From Escherichia phage vB_EcoM_ACG-C40: a stretch of DNA of 64,000 nt. Made by a program: the position numbers and the translations under genes. Every line of letters begins with the position of its first letter. Positions within the stretch are counted from its first letter, which is position 1. Under the pieces are notes generated by a model. That model saw only the letters and a program-made list of their open reading frames with translations, searched no databases and had not been told where the DNA came from. This document shows positions 20,505 through 30,394 of this stretch, piece after piece. The stretch lies in the sequence record NC_019399.1; one strand, written 5' to 3'.

Positions 20505-22273
20505 AAAAGCCACAAGAAATGCAAACGATGCGTAGAAAAGTTATTTCAGATAATAAACCAGTTCAGGAAGCGGCTAAATCCGCTTCTAACACTTTATCTG
20601 GGCTTAATGACATTTCTACAAAATTGGATGATGCTCAAGCTGCTTCTGAATTAATAGCTCAAACCGTTGAAGAAAAATCGAATGAAATAATTGGAGCAAT
20701 TGACAATGTAGAAAGCGCAGTGAGTGATACTACTGCTGGTTCTGAGTTAATTGCTGAAACTGTAGAAATTGGCAACAATATTAATAAAGAAATCGGTGAA
20801 TCACTCGGAAGTAAATTAGATAAATTAACGAGTTTACTAGAACAAAAAATTCAAACAGCTGGAATTCAACAGACAGGAACCAGCTTAGCTGTAGTCGAAA
20901 GTGCTATTCCCGTTAAAGTTGTTGAGGATGATACAGCTGAATTTGTTGGTCCATTATTACCAGCTCCTGAAGCAGTTAATAATGATCCTGACGCTGATTT
21001 TTTCCCTGCCCCTCAACCAGTTGAACCTAAGCGAGAGTCACCGGAAGAAAAACAGAAAAAAGAAGCATTTAATTTAAAATTATCTCAAGCTTTAGATAAA
21101 TTAACAAAGACTGTTGATTTTGGATTTAAAAAATCCATTTCAATTACTGATAAAATATCAAGCATGCTATTTAAGTATACTGTCAGTGCTGCTATTGAAG
21201 CTGCTAAAATGGTTGCATTAATAATGGCTGTTGTTATTGGAATAGACCTACTGATGGTTCATTTTAAATATTGGTCAGATAAATTTTCAAAAGCCTGGGA
21301 TTTGTTTAGCACTGATTTTAAAACTTTTTCAAGCGAAACCGGAACTTGGGGTCCTTTATTACAGAGCATCTTTGAATCTATTGATGAAATTAAAAAGTTC
21401 TGGGAAGCGGGAGATTGGGGCGGTTTGACGGTAGCTATTGTAGAAGGGCTTGGAAAGGTTCTTTATAATTTAGGAGAACTTATTCAGCTTGGAATGGCTA
21501 AATTATCAGCAGCAATTCTTCGAGTTATTCCTGGTATGAAAGATACTGCTGACGAAGTAGAAGGAAGAGCACTGGAAAATTTCCAAAATTCTACTGGAGC
21601 ATCTCTCAATAAAGAAGACCAGGAAAAAGTTGCGAATTATCAAGATAAACGAATGAATGGAGACCTTGGTCCGATAGCAAAAGGATTAGACAAAATTGCG
21701 AACTGGAAAACTCGTGCATCTAACTGGATTCGTGGTGTTGATAATAAAGAAGCATTGACAACTGATGAAGAACGCGCAGCAGAAGAAGAAAAATTAAAGC
21801 AGCTTTCACCAGAAGAAAGAAAAAATGCTTTAATGAAGGCTAATGAAGCCCGTGCCGCGATGATTCGTTTTGAAAAATATGCTGATTCAGCTGATATGAG
21901 TAAAGACTCAACAGTTAAATCAATTGAAGCTGCTCATGAAGACCTTAAAAAACGAATGAATGATCCGGATTTAAATAATTCACCAGCAGTTAAAAAAGAA
22001 CTTGCTTCTAGATTTGCTAAAATTGATGCCACTTATCAAGAGCTCAAGAAAAATCAACCTGAAGCAAAACCTGAAACTTCTGCTAAATCACCAGAAGCAA
22101 AACAGGTCCAGGTGATTGAAAAGAACAAAGCACAACAAGCTCCTGTTCAACAAGCATCTCCTTCAATCAATAATACTAATAATGTTATTAAGAAAAATAC
22201 TGTCGTTCATAATATGACACCTGTCACAAGCACAACTGCTCCTGGTGTATTTGGTGCGACGGGAGTTAATTAA
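20501..22273 (+). CDS. 29: Tail length tape measure / baseplate hub protein gp29
   Basis: 590-aa ORF, T4 length and position. Confidence 0.9.
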   Translation: MKKPQEMQTMRRKVISDNKPVQEAAKSASNTLSGLNDISTKLDDAQAASELIAQTVEEKSNEIIGAIDNVESAVSDTTAGSELIAETVEIGNNINKEIGESLGSKLDKLTSLLEQKIQTAGIQQTGTSLAVVESAIPVKVVEDDTAEFVGPLLPAPEAVNNDPDADFFPAPQPVEPKRESPEEKQKKEAFNLKLSQALDKLTKTVDFGFKKSISITDKISSMLFKYTVSAAIEAAKMVALIMAVVIGIDLLMVHFKYWSDKFSKAWDLFSTDFKTFSSETGTWGPLLQSIFESIDEIKKFWEAGDWGGLTVAIVEGLGKVLYNLGELIQLGMAKLSAAILRVIPGMKDTADEVEGRALENFQNSTGASLNKEDQEKVANYQDKRMNGDLGPIAKGLDKIANWKTRASNWIRGVDNKEALTTDEERAAEEEKLKQLSPEERKNALMKANEARAAMIRFEKYADSADMSKDSTVKSIEAAHEDLKKRMNDPDLNNSPAVKKELASRFAKIDATYQELKKNQPEAKPETSAKSPEAKQVQVIEKNKAQQAPVQQASPSINNTNNVIKKNTVVHNMTPVTSTTAPGVFGATGVN

Positions 22274-22281
22274 GGAATAAT

Positions 22282-23376
22282 ATGGCAATTGTTAAAGAAA
22301 TAACTGCTGATTTAATTAAAAAGTCCGGTGAAACAATTTCAGCCGGACAGAGTACTAAATCAGAAGTAGGAACTAAAACATACACAGCCCAGTTTCCAAC
22401 TGGGCGTGCTAGTGGTAATGACACTACAGGGGACTTCCAGGTAACAGATCTATATAAGAATGGATTATTATTTACTGCATACAATATGTCATCTAGGGAT
22501 TCTGGAAGTCTTAGAACGATGAGATCTAACTACTCTTCTTCATCTTCGAGTATTTTACGTACAGCCAGAAACACTATCAGTAATACAGTATCAAAACTAT
22601 CAAATGGACTAATATCAGATAATAATTCAGGAACAATAAGTAAAGTTCCTGTTGCAAATATTCTTTTACCTAGATCTAAATCTGACGTCGATACGTCATC
22701 ACATAGATTTAATGATGTTCAAGATAGTCTTATTACAAAAGGTGGAGGTACTGCTACTGGTGTGCTAAGCAATATGGCTTCAACCGCAGTATTTGGAGCG
22801 CTGGAAAGTATAACACAAGGTATAATGGCTGATAATAATGAACAGATTTATACGACAGCCAGAAGCATGTACGGCGGTGCTGAAAATAGAACTAAAGTGT
22901 TCACTTGGGATTTGACTCCGCGCTCAACAGAAGATTTAATGGCTATTATTAATATCTATCAGTATTTTAACTATTTTTCTTACGGTGAAACTGGTAAATC
23001 TCAATATGCTGCTGAAATAAAAGGATATTTAGATGAGTGGTACCGTTCTACTTTTATTGAGCCGTTAACTCCAGAAGATGCAGTTAAAAATAAGACGTTA
23101 TTTGAGAAAATGACATCGAGTTTAACTAACGTTCTTGTAGTTTCAAACCCGACAATTTGGATGGTGAAAAACTTTGGTGCAACATCTAAGTTTGATGGAA
23201 AAACGGAAATATTCGGTCCATGTCAAATCCAGAGTATCAGATTTGATAAAACACCTAATGGTAACTTTAACGGATTAGCTATTGCTCCAAATCTCCCTAG
23301 TACATTTACTCTCGAGATTACTATGAGAGAAATTATCACGTTAAACCGTGCTTCTTTATATGCGGGGACTTTTTAA
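22282..23376 (+). CDS. 48: Baseplate tail tube cap gp48
   Basis: 364-aa ORF, T4 length and position. Confidence 0.9.
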   Translation: MAIVKEITADLIKKSGETISAGQSTKSEVGTKTYTAQFPTGRASGNDTTGDFQVTDLYKNGLLFTAYNMSSRDSGSLRTMRSNYSSSSSSILRTARNTISNTVSKLSNGLISDNNSGTISKVPVANILLPRSKSDVDTSSHRFNDVQDSLITKGGGTATGVLSNMASTAVFGALESITQGIMADNNEQIYTTARSMYGGAENRTKVFTWDLTPRSTEDLMAIINIYQYFNYFSYGETGKSQYAAEIKGYLDEWYRSTFIEPLTPEDAVKNKTLFEKMTSSLTNVLVVSNPTIWMVKNFGATSKFDGKTEIFGPCQIQSIRFDKTPNGNFNGLAIAPNLPSTFTLEITMREIITLNRASLYAGTF

Positions 23377-24341
23377 TGTATTCTTTAGAGGAATTTAATA
23401 ATCAAGCAATAAACGCAGATTTCCAACGTAATAATATGTTCAGCTGTGTTTTTGCTACAACTCCATCAACTAAAAGCTCTTCGTTGATAAGTTCAATTAG
23501 CAACTTTTCTTATAATAACTTGGGCCTAAATTCAGATTGGTTAGGATTAACTCAAGGCGATATTAATCAGGGAATTACTACGCTAATTACAGCTGGCACA
23601 CAAAAACTGATAAGAAAATCAGGGGTTAGTAAATATCTTATTGGTGCCATGAGTCAACGTACAGTTCAAAGTTTATTAGGCTCATTTACAGTTGGTACAT
23701 ATTTAATTGACTTCTTTAACATGGCATATAACTCATCTGGATTGATGATATACTCTGTAAAAATGCCAGAGAATAGATTATCCTATGAAACTGACTGGAA
23801 CTATAATTCTCCTAATATTCGTATAACTGGGAGAGAATTAGACCCTTTGGTTATTTCATTCAGAATGGATTCAGAAGCTTGTAACTATCGTGCAATGCAA
23901 GACTGGGTTAACGCTGTTCAAGACCCAGTAACTGGATTGCGTGCTTTGCCGCAAGATGTCGAGGCAGATATTCAGGTTAATCTTCATTCTCGCAATGGAT
24001 TACCACATACTGCGGTGATGTTCACTGGATGCATTCCAGTGTCCGTAAGCGCTCCTGAGTTATCATATGATGGAGATAACCAAATAACTACATTTGATGT
24101 TACTTTTGCGTATAGAGTGATGCAGGCTGGAGCAGTTGATAGACAAGCTGCCCTTGAATGGCTTGAATCTGCTACTATAAATGGTATTCAAAGCGTTCTC
24201 GGAAATAGTGGAGGTGTTACTGGACTATCTAATTCGCTTTCACGACTTAGTAGATTAGGGGGAACTGCAGGAAGCATTTCAAATATTAATACTATGACAG
24301 GAATTGTCAATTCGCAGAGTAAAATATTAGGAGCAATATAA
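23376..24341 (+). CDS. 54: Baseplate tail tube initiator gp54
   Basis: 321-aa ORF, tube-protein-like, T4 position. Confidence 0.9.
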   Translation: MYSLEEFNNQAINADFQRNNMFSCVFATTPSTKSSSLISSISNFSYNNLGLNSDWLGLTQGDINQGITTLITAGTQKLIRKSGVSKYLIGAMSQRTVQSLLGSFTVGTYLIDFFNMAYNSSGLMIYSVKMPENRLSYETDWNYNSPNIRITGRELDPLVISFRMDSEACNYRAMQDWVNAVQDPVTGLRALPQDVEADIQVNLHSRNGLPHTAVMFTGCIPVSVSAPELSYDGDNQITTFDVTFAYRVMQAGAVDRQAALEWLESATINGIQSVLGNSGGVTGLSNSLSRLSRLGGTAGSISNINTMTGIVNSQSKILGAI

Positions 24342-24345
24342 CAAT

Positions 24346-24374
24346 GGGGACCTTTCGGTCCCCATATTTTTATT
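24346..24374. terminator. Bidirectional rho-independent terminator between gene 54 and the convergent minus-strand ORF
   Basis: GGGGACC-TTTC-GGTCCCC hairpin with T-rich flanks. Confidence 0.7.
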
Positions 24375-24660
24375 TACGGAATGAAATGAAAGCAGAAACT
24401 GAAGCAACTAAACTGTCTTCAATATAAACTTCAATTTTTACCGGAGCTTCTGACTCAAATTTACCTGTTACTACACCTTGGAAAATACTTTCAGTCTGTT
24501 CTGGTTTTGAAAAATTTTCAGAAGGAAAAATTCCGAACTTTTTATCTGTTCCAAAAATTTTAATAAATTCATCGTAAACTGCTTCATTAAAAGCATTATC
24601 AGCAGGAATAACGCCTTCAACGACGAGCTCTTGGCCTAAAAAGCGTAAAGAAGATTTCAT
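24370..24660 (-). CDS. Hypothetical protein (alt.-3-like position)
   Basis: 96-aa ORF; GAGGAA Shine-Dalgarno inside the upstream 53-bp repeat element. Confidence 0.6.
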   Translation of the reverse strand: MKSSLRFLGQELVVEGVIPADNAFNEAVYDEFIKIFGTDKKFGIFPSENFSKPEQTESIFQGVVTGKFESEAPVKIEVYIEDSLVASVSAFISFRK

Positions 24661-24668
24661 TTTGTGTT

Positions 24669-24721
24669 CCTCATGTTATGTCAGTAAGACTACTGTAACA
24701 CAACACGAGGGACTTGTAAAC
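24669..24721 (-). promoter_or_regulatory. Early-promoter-like cassette with inverted repeat (copy 1 of a 53-bp repeat)
   Basis: Minus strand reads GTTTAC-18 nt-TACAGT, then CATGAGG Shine-Dalgarno region; 53/53 identical to 38376-38428. Confidence 0.6.
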
Positions 24722-25078
24722 TACATTTTGAACTTTTTAGTACGCGTAATAGGCATGCGTCGATTTTATACTGTTTCATTGTTTGAAGAGCAGTATCAAA
24801 AACAGCATTAATGACACCAATTGGATTTCCACCCAAGTTTTTAAGCTTAACTAATGATAGTTTCTCATTAACACCTATCATTACGATATGCATCATTTTG
24901 TCGCCTGGTTTAACGTTTTATCTGTATCACCGCCAGAGGTGTATGTACAAAATCTAAATCCAGGAAGCACGCTTTCTTCGCCGGCTTGAATAGCAAAAAT
25001 TTGTGGTATTTTATGCTTAGGATTTAAGTTAACAACCGGCGCCGAAGCGCCGTCAAATAATTATGTAATAAGTTCCAT
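24690..25078 (-). pseudogene. Degenerate duplicate of the alt 5' coding region
   Basis: Begins ATGGAACTTATTACATAA (MELIT*), continues with alt-like sequence (...NLNPKHKIPQIF...GFRFCTYTSGGDT...), 1-nt deletion, then a 68-aa ORF 24690..24896 (MMHIV...QYKIDACLLRVLKS) paralogous to Alt residues about 64-130. Confidence 0.7.
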
Positions 25079-25081
25079 GAT

Positions 25082-27133
25082 TTATCCTTGAACGAACTTG
25101 TAAGGCATGTTTGCAATATCTATGCAAGACGCAATAATTCCAAGAGATGATTCTACTTTCTGTTTAACATTTGATGAAACAAATGATGCAAAGTCAACTC
25201 TGTCTTCTATATCACCTGTCATTGTAACCAATTCACCAGTTTCCATTAAATGGTCTCCGTCATAGATTACCGATTCGGTGAGTTCTTCTGTGGTCATAAC
25301 TTCAGCTTGAATAAGCTTGTTGTTAGTTCTAACTGTTCCATCGTTGTAAGATGCATCGGTTATTTTATTAACTTTGACCATTAATCCACGTGGCAAAATG
25401 ACTTCCATTTCATTTGAAGGCGCTAAACTTCCACCGGGTAAAACAACATTAACCTTATCAGCCCCAGTAATAACCCATCCAATTCCAACTAAATTATCGC
25501 TAGAATTTACTAGTCCTTCATCAGTTTTATCAATAGAAACACTTAGACGCTTTTCGTCTGGTAAAACACCCACAGATGAATCAGTCATCCAAGTACCAAA
25601 AATATTTGGATATAATGATGTTGACACAAAGTTTCTAAAATAAAAAACTCGATTTTTTACCATTGCTTCGTATATTGAAGGTAACATTCGTTGTGAACGA
25701 TACAAAGTAATACCTTTTGGTAATCGTTCACCATTTTTAAAGGCTGAATCTAAATTATCAATGGCTTGTTCTATTTCAGGTGCTGTTAAAATACTTGTAC
25801 GCTCATCTGGATTATATAATCCCAAAAGAGCATTATTTATGTCTACATATCCTGAACCTACGTATTCACGAATTCCGCGTTTTTGTGCTGGTGTGTATTT
25901 AGATGAATCTTTATTTTCGACTATAGGATGTAATGACCATCCAGCGGTAAGAGCATATCCACGTAATTCTCTTCGAATAATCTTTGTTTTTATTGCATTC
26001 CAAGAATTTTGTACTAACTCATTTGCAGCATCTTGGTTTAAATGCGAATGTCTGTTAATATTTCTTTCAAACCAAGCACCTTTATATTTTTCTAAAGTAT
26101 CATCGACGATAGAAGCAATAGTTTCTAAAGTTTTTATTGAAGTAATAGATTCTTTTCGTAATTTTTCTAAAGCTTTATTTTTTATTTCTGCATTAATAAT
26201 GGATTCTTTATCTTCAGGAATTATAGAAGCTTCTCTGAATGCCATCCCAGCTGTAACACTGCTAAGAGCATTCTCTAGTGCAAATCCTGAAGTAGAAATT
26301 ACCGTTAATTCATTAGAATCAGAAATTAAAGGAGCGTCCGCTGGTTTATTTAATTCTGCCGCTGAAGCCTCAAATTTTTGAAACATCGGTGTTTCAAATC
26401 TAGAAGATTCCAACGACTGACTTTGTGCAATTGCTCTACGGGAAATTTTAACTTTAACGATTACAGCTTGATCAGAACGTTTATCATTTTCTTGTGCAAT
26501 AGATGCTGCAATTGCCTCATTTTTAGTTACTTGAGCTCCAGTATCTTTATTGATATAAACATCACCGACCTTCGATTCAACTTTAGTAAAGAGCTCGGTA
26601 CTAATTTCCGGAACCCCTGGAATGTCTTCTAGTGATACATTTTTGCGATGTATAAGAATATATGCATACTTTTTATCATAATCCCAGAGTTCCTTAAGAA
26701 GGACGTATCTGCCACCTGAACGACTACGGATAAGTCTATCAGCAATAACTTGAATTTGTCGAGCTTGACCAGCGGTTTTAGACTTAAGAATACGGAGCAT
26801 ACAGGCATCAATTTTATACTGACGCATCGTTTGCATTGCAACAGTAAAAACCGAATTGATATAATTAATTGGGCTTGGACCAAGACCTTTCAATTTAGCA
26901 ATTGAACCTTTAGCGGTTAATGTAAAAGGAACAATATGCATCATTTTATCGCCCATCTTTAAATCACGATTAGTATCACCTCCAGATGTATAGGTACATA
27001 AACGAAAGCCTGGTTGTTCAATTGCGTCATCAACATGAACTGAAAAAATTTGCGGTATTTTCTTCTTTGGATTTAAGTTTGTAATCGGAAGAGTAGTATC
27101 TTCGTCAAATAATTCTGTAATTAGTTCCATCAT
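25082..27133 (-). CDS. alt: Alt ADP-ribosyltransferase (virion-packaged)
   Basis: 683-aa ORF starting MMELITELFDEDTTLPITNLNPKKK, matches recalled T4 Alt. Confidence 0.9.
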   Translation of the reverse strand: MMELITELFDEDTTLPITNLNPKKKIPQIFSVHVDDAIEQPGFRLCTYTSGGDTNRDLKMGDKMMHIVPFTLTAKGSIAKLKGLGPSPINYINSVFTVAMQTMRQYKIDACMLRILKSKTAGQARQIQVIADRLIRSRSGGRYVLLKELWDYDKKYAYILIHRKNVSLEDIPGVPEISTELFTKVESKVGDVYINKDTGAQVTKNEAIAASIAQENDKRSDQAVIVKVKISRRAIAQSQSLESSRFETPMFQKFEASAAELNKPADAPLISDSNELTVISTSGFALENALSSVTAGMAFREASIIPEDKESIINAEIKNKALEKLRKESITSIKTLETIASIVDDTLEKYKGAWFERNINRHSHLNQDAANELVQNSWNAIKTKIIRRELRGYALTAGWSLHPIVENKDSSKYTPAQKRGIREYVGSGYVDINNALLGLYNPDERTSILTAPEIEQAIDNLDSAFKNGERLPKGITLYRSQRMLPSIYEAMVKNRVFYFRNFVSTSLYPNIFGTWMTDSSVGVLPDEKRLSVSIDKTDEGLVNSSDNLVGIGWVITGADKVNVVLPGGSLAPSNEMEVILPRGLMVKVNKITDASYNDGTVRTNNKLIQAEVMTTEELTESVIYDGDHLMETGELVTMTGDIEDRVDFASFVSSNVKQKVESSLGIIASCIDIANMPYKFVQG

Positions 27134-27153
27134 ATCCTCTCTAGTGTTTATTC

Positions 27154-27161
27154 TATTTATA
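27154..27161 (-). promoter_or_regulatory. Late promoter TATAAATA for alt
   Basis: Minus-strand TATAAATA about 20 nt upstream of the alt start. Confidence 0.55.
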
Positions 27162-27166
27162 AAATT

Positions 27167-27184
27167 AAAGGCCCGAAGGCCTTT
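27167..27184 (-). terminator. Terminator hairpin upstream of the alt promoter
   Basis: AAAGGCC-TTCG-GGCCTTT on minus strand followed by AATTTTAT. Confidence 0.55.
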
Positions 27185-27371
27185 AGTAATCTAGTGGTAA
27201 GAGAGTACGATATATTTCAAACTTTGGTCCTTTTTCATAGGCATCAAATGCTTCTGTGAATTTATTATAAGCGTATGCATCTACAAATTCGAGAATGACT
27301 TGTGATACAGAAGTAGAAACATCTCCACCTTCTTTTTGAGCAATGACAATTGTTTCTAAGTAAGCTTTCAT
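27183..27371 (-). CDS. Hypothetical small protein
   Basis: 62-aa ORF between ligase and alt; start overlaps ligase stop. Confidence 0.5.
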   Translation of the reverse strand: MKAYLETIVIAQKEGGDVSTSVSQVILEFVDAYAYNKFTEAFDAYEKGPKFEIYRTLLPLDY

Positions 27372-28831
27372 AAACCAGTTACCTCATGAAAATCACCAAA
27401 TACATCTTCGAACGTATTAGCTTTAGTTTTATCTTCGCGTAAACGAATCGCAATCGGAAGAAATAATTTAACGTAATCAGTGCGGCCATCAGATTTTAAC
27501 CAACCGTTGCATTCGCACTCTAGAATTTTTCCAATATAATAATTTTGGTTTTCCATAATGCGAGTACGGTCAAGTTCATGCGATTTTACACCGGCTTTAT
27601 CTTTTAAGCCTGAACCAGCATTTACTTTAATTTTTCCACACTCTGACTCAAGAATAAATCCGCCTGCTTTAGTAGGGTCTTTACGGTGAGGATAAATTCC
27701 TACAATTTTTAAATCAACATCAATTACTTCTTTAAATTTATAGAGATTTTTTGAACGGGCATTTTCCCATAACCCATCAACGTTTTTGAGAATAATACCT
27801 TCAAGACCTTGGTCAATATACTTTTTGTAAATTACCTTAGCTTCATCTAGGTTATTTACTACCTGGTTTTCAATTAAAATTACTTTATCACAGCCTGATG
27901 TCATTTGTTCTAGTTTAGAAAAACGTACATCATACTTTAAACGAAATGCAGGAAGACCATATATTTCTACTAATGGAACATAATCCCAGACCTGAAACTT
28001 CATGCATTGAGCTTCTTTTTCTGAAATAGTTCCCTTTAAAGATTTATTAGCGATTCCATTAGAAGCAGTACGTGATTCAGCTACTTCGGCGAATTCTTTA
28101 GCTTTACTAATTTCAGGATAAGCATCAAAAAGAAAATCTAGGCCTTCTGGCTCCTTTTTAACTTGCTCATGGTATACCAATTCGCCATCAATTAACACGC
28201 CTTCTGGATGAATCTGGCGGGCTTCAGCGGTCATTTTGATTAATTCTTCCTTAAGAAGATCTAATCCTAGATATTCATTACCGGCTCGTGATAAAAGACG
28301 AACATCATCTAATTCATCACCTCTGACTTCGGCAAAGCACCGAGCCCCATCAGCTTTTAACTGGGCAAAGGCTGGAAATTTGATATTCTTATTAATGCCT
28401 TTTTCATCATAAGAACTTGCAAGCATTTGAGGTTGTTCAGGAATTAAACCTGGCCAAACTTTGTTTGCAATAGATACTGAAGCACCACATTCAAGGTCTC
28501 GCATCATCACTCGACGCAAAACTTCAACATCATCTTTTTTACCGTCAGTAATATATCCAGTTAATTCCTCAATTGCTGCATTTCCAGTCAATTTCCGAGT
28601 AGCTAATGTGAATTCAATGAAGTCAAGCATATCGGTAAGAGTCAACATTCCAAAACTCTGGGTAGCAATACCAGGTTTAGGCCATTTCTTGATATAATAC
28701 TGCAGCCCACGAGAATAAGTCAGACGATATACTCGTTTAAGCAATTCATTATCTTTATTCTTTTCAAGAATTGCTTGCTTCTGCTTAGTTGAACCAATAG
28801 ATGCTATTTCGTTCAGAATTTTAAGAATCAT
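27368..28831 (-). CDS. 30: ATP-dependent DNA ligase gp30
   Basis: 487-aa ORF starting MILKILNEIASIGSTKQKQAILEKNKDNELLKRVYRLTYSRGLQYYIKKW, matches T4 DNA ligase. Confidence 0.95.
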   Translation of the reverse strand: MILKILNEIASIGSTKQKQAILEKNKDNELLKRVYRLTYSRGLQYYIKKWPKPGIATQSFGMLTLTDMLDFIEFTLATRKLTGNAAIEELTGYITDGKKDDVEVLRRVMMRDLECGASVSIANKVWPGLIPEQPQMLASSYDEKGINKNIKFPAFAQLKADGARCFAEVRGDELDDVRLLSRAGNEYLGLDLLKEELIKMTAEARQIHPEGVLIDGELVYHEQVKKEPEGLDFLFDAYPEISKAKEFAEVAESRTASNGIANKSLKGTISEKEAQCMKFQVWDYVPLVEIYGLPAFRLKYDVRFSKLEQMTSGCDKVILIENQVVNNLDEAKVIYKKYIDQGLEGIILKNVDGLWENARSKNLYKFKEVIDVDLKIVGIYPHRKDPTKAGGFILESECGKIKVNAGSGLKDKAGVKSHELDRTRIMENQNYYIGKILECECNGWLKSDGRTDYVKLFLPIAIRLREDKTKANTFEDVFGDFHEVTGL

Positions 28832-29097
28832 TGTTCATCCTTTAGAGTTTGGTTTACAGCTCTATTATAAATCAATTCATCATTAAGCTCAGTCAAAGAC
28901 TTATGATATGTGGTTCTAACTTTATTTCCTTGCATCCAGTGCTTGACGTAAATGAAACCTTGCTCTACGCATTTTTTAAAAATTCGTTCGTCTTTTTGAG
29001 CTCGGAATTCTGGATTGCATCTAAAAAATTGATTTACGTGACCGTAATCACGTGTAGTATTACCTTCATTTTCATAAATAGTGTGAACAACAAACAT
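28828..29097 (-). CDS. Hypothetical protein (30.1-like)
   Basis: 89-aa ORF, overlap-coupled to neighbours. Confidence 0.55.
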   Translation of the reverse strand: MFVVHTIYENEGNTTRDYGHVNQFFRCNPEFRAQKDERIFKKCVEQGFIYVKHWMQGNKVRTTYHKSLTELNDELIYNRAVNQTLKDEQ

Positions 29098-29933
29098 TAG
29101 AATGCTCCTTGGAAAATATTATCACCACAAGTAGGTCTATTATACAAATACTCTATGCCACCGGGTTTAATATAGTTCCATGTCTGAAACGGATGCGTCT
29201 GATATGGATGATATGGATTATAAGGATTAAATCCAGGAGTTCTCCAGGTAGTGTTCCAAGGAAAAGAATCGTTTTTAATCATCTTTTCAATTACATCTTT
29301 TATAGCTTTTTCACTATCAAAACTTTCTTTATTTTCCTTCGGTGAAAAAAGCTTATTTTCTACATCATTCCATGTATAAACTCGCTGAGCAGTTTTTGGA
29401 ATATTGTCACGCTCTCCTCGAGCCATCCAATAAACAGGAACATTTAATATTTCACTCGCATGATCGCAGTGGTGAGCGAGATCGTCAATATAACAAATTA
29501 CGTTATATTTCTCTTTTGCCTTTTTGAACAGCTCTTCTTTTGAAGAATCATGACCACACATCAGTACTTCTGAGAAGGCACCAGGAAAAAGAGCATTCAA
29601 ATTAAATTGACGATTCAGCAGAGCGTCAATAGAATCACCCAGCGCTGTAACAGCTACAAAATTATAATCTTCTTTTAATTTGTTAATTACACACAGAGCA
29701 TCTTTATATGGAGACAAGTAACGAATAAAATCTGAACGATTGTATTTTTCAATTAACTTGACACCAAGTTCTTCATCACAATTAAAAAGTTTACCAGGAG
29801 AAATAAATTTTTCATCTTGGATCATTTTTAAAATATGTTCCAACGGAAGATTATATTTCTGAGCAAAATAAGGAAGGCCTGATTGCCAGCTTAAACATAC
29901 TCCATCAATATCAGTTAAAATAGTAGGCTTCAT
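29097..29933 (-). CDS. HAD-superfamily hydrolase-like protein (30.2-like)
   Basis: 278-aa ORF with N-terminal LTDIDGV (HAD motif I DxDG) and later IDD; Pro/Tyr-rich C-terminus. Confidence 0.55.
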   Translation of the reverse strand: MKPTILTDIDGVCLSWQSGLPYFAQKYNLPLEHILKMIQDEKFISPGKLFNCDEELGVKLIEKYNRSDFIRYLSPYKDALCVINKLKEDYNFVAVTALGDSIDALLNRQFNLNALFPGAFSEVLMCGHDSSKEELFKKAKEKYNVICYIDDLAHHCDHASEILNVPVYWMARGERDNIPKTAQRVYTWNDVENKLFSPKENKESFDSEKAIKDVIEKMIKNDSFPWNTTWRTPGFNPYNPYHPYQTHPFQTWNYIKPGGIEYLYNRPTCGDNIFQGAF

Positions 29934-30394
29934 AGAGAGTCTCTTAATAGGTTTAACACATCAATAAATTCAGCTTCGGTTAGTATTGTATCATCTTTTG
30001 TTAGACCACTAGCCATGCTGTGCTTCAAAACTTTTCCTTTCGAGGCTTGTAATGCATCGCGAAAGCCCTTGTTTTGAATCGCTGCTTCAAAATATGCATT
30101 TGTGTATAATTCTTTCCACGCCGGGGAGTATCTTGAAAACGGAACTCCAAGCCAGAAGAGGGTCCCACGGTCCTGAGCTCTAGCATAAGACCTTCCAGCT
30201 TGTTGAGCGGCAAGCCCGGATAACCCAAATATACGTTTTTGTTGTTCAACGTTTTTCACCTTGCATCCTTGGAGGAATCCTTCAAGACCTCCAAATTGAA
30301 TACCATCCATAACGAAAGGCCATTGGGCGAAATTACTTAATGCACATGATGGCCACCTAAAATTGCTTCTAATCTCTAACTCAGACATTTTCAA
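29930..30394 (-). CDS. NADAR/YbiA-like domain protein (30.3-like)
   Basis: 154-aa ORF with LSNFAQWPF...DG...EGFLQGCK, resembling the FSNF...DG...EHYFQAQK signature recalled for E. coli YbiA. Confidence 0.5.
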   Translation of the reverse strand: MKMSELEIRSNFRWPSCALSNFAQWPFVMDGIQFGGLEGFLQGCKVKNVEQQKRIFGLSGLAAQQAGRSYARAQDRGTLFWLGVPFSRYSPAWKELYTNAYFEAAIQNKGFRDALQASKGKVLKHSMASGLTKDDTILTEAEFIDVLNLLRDSL

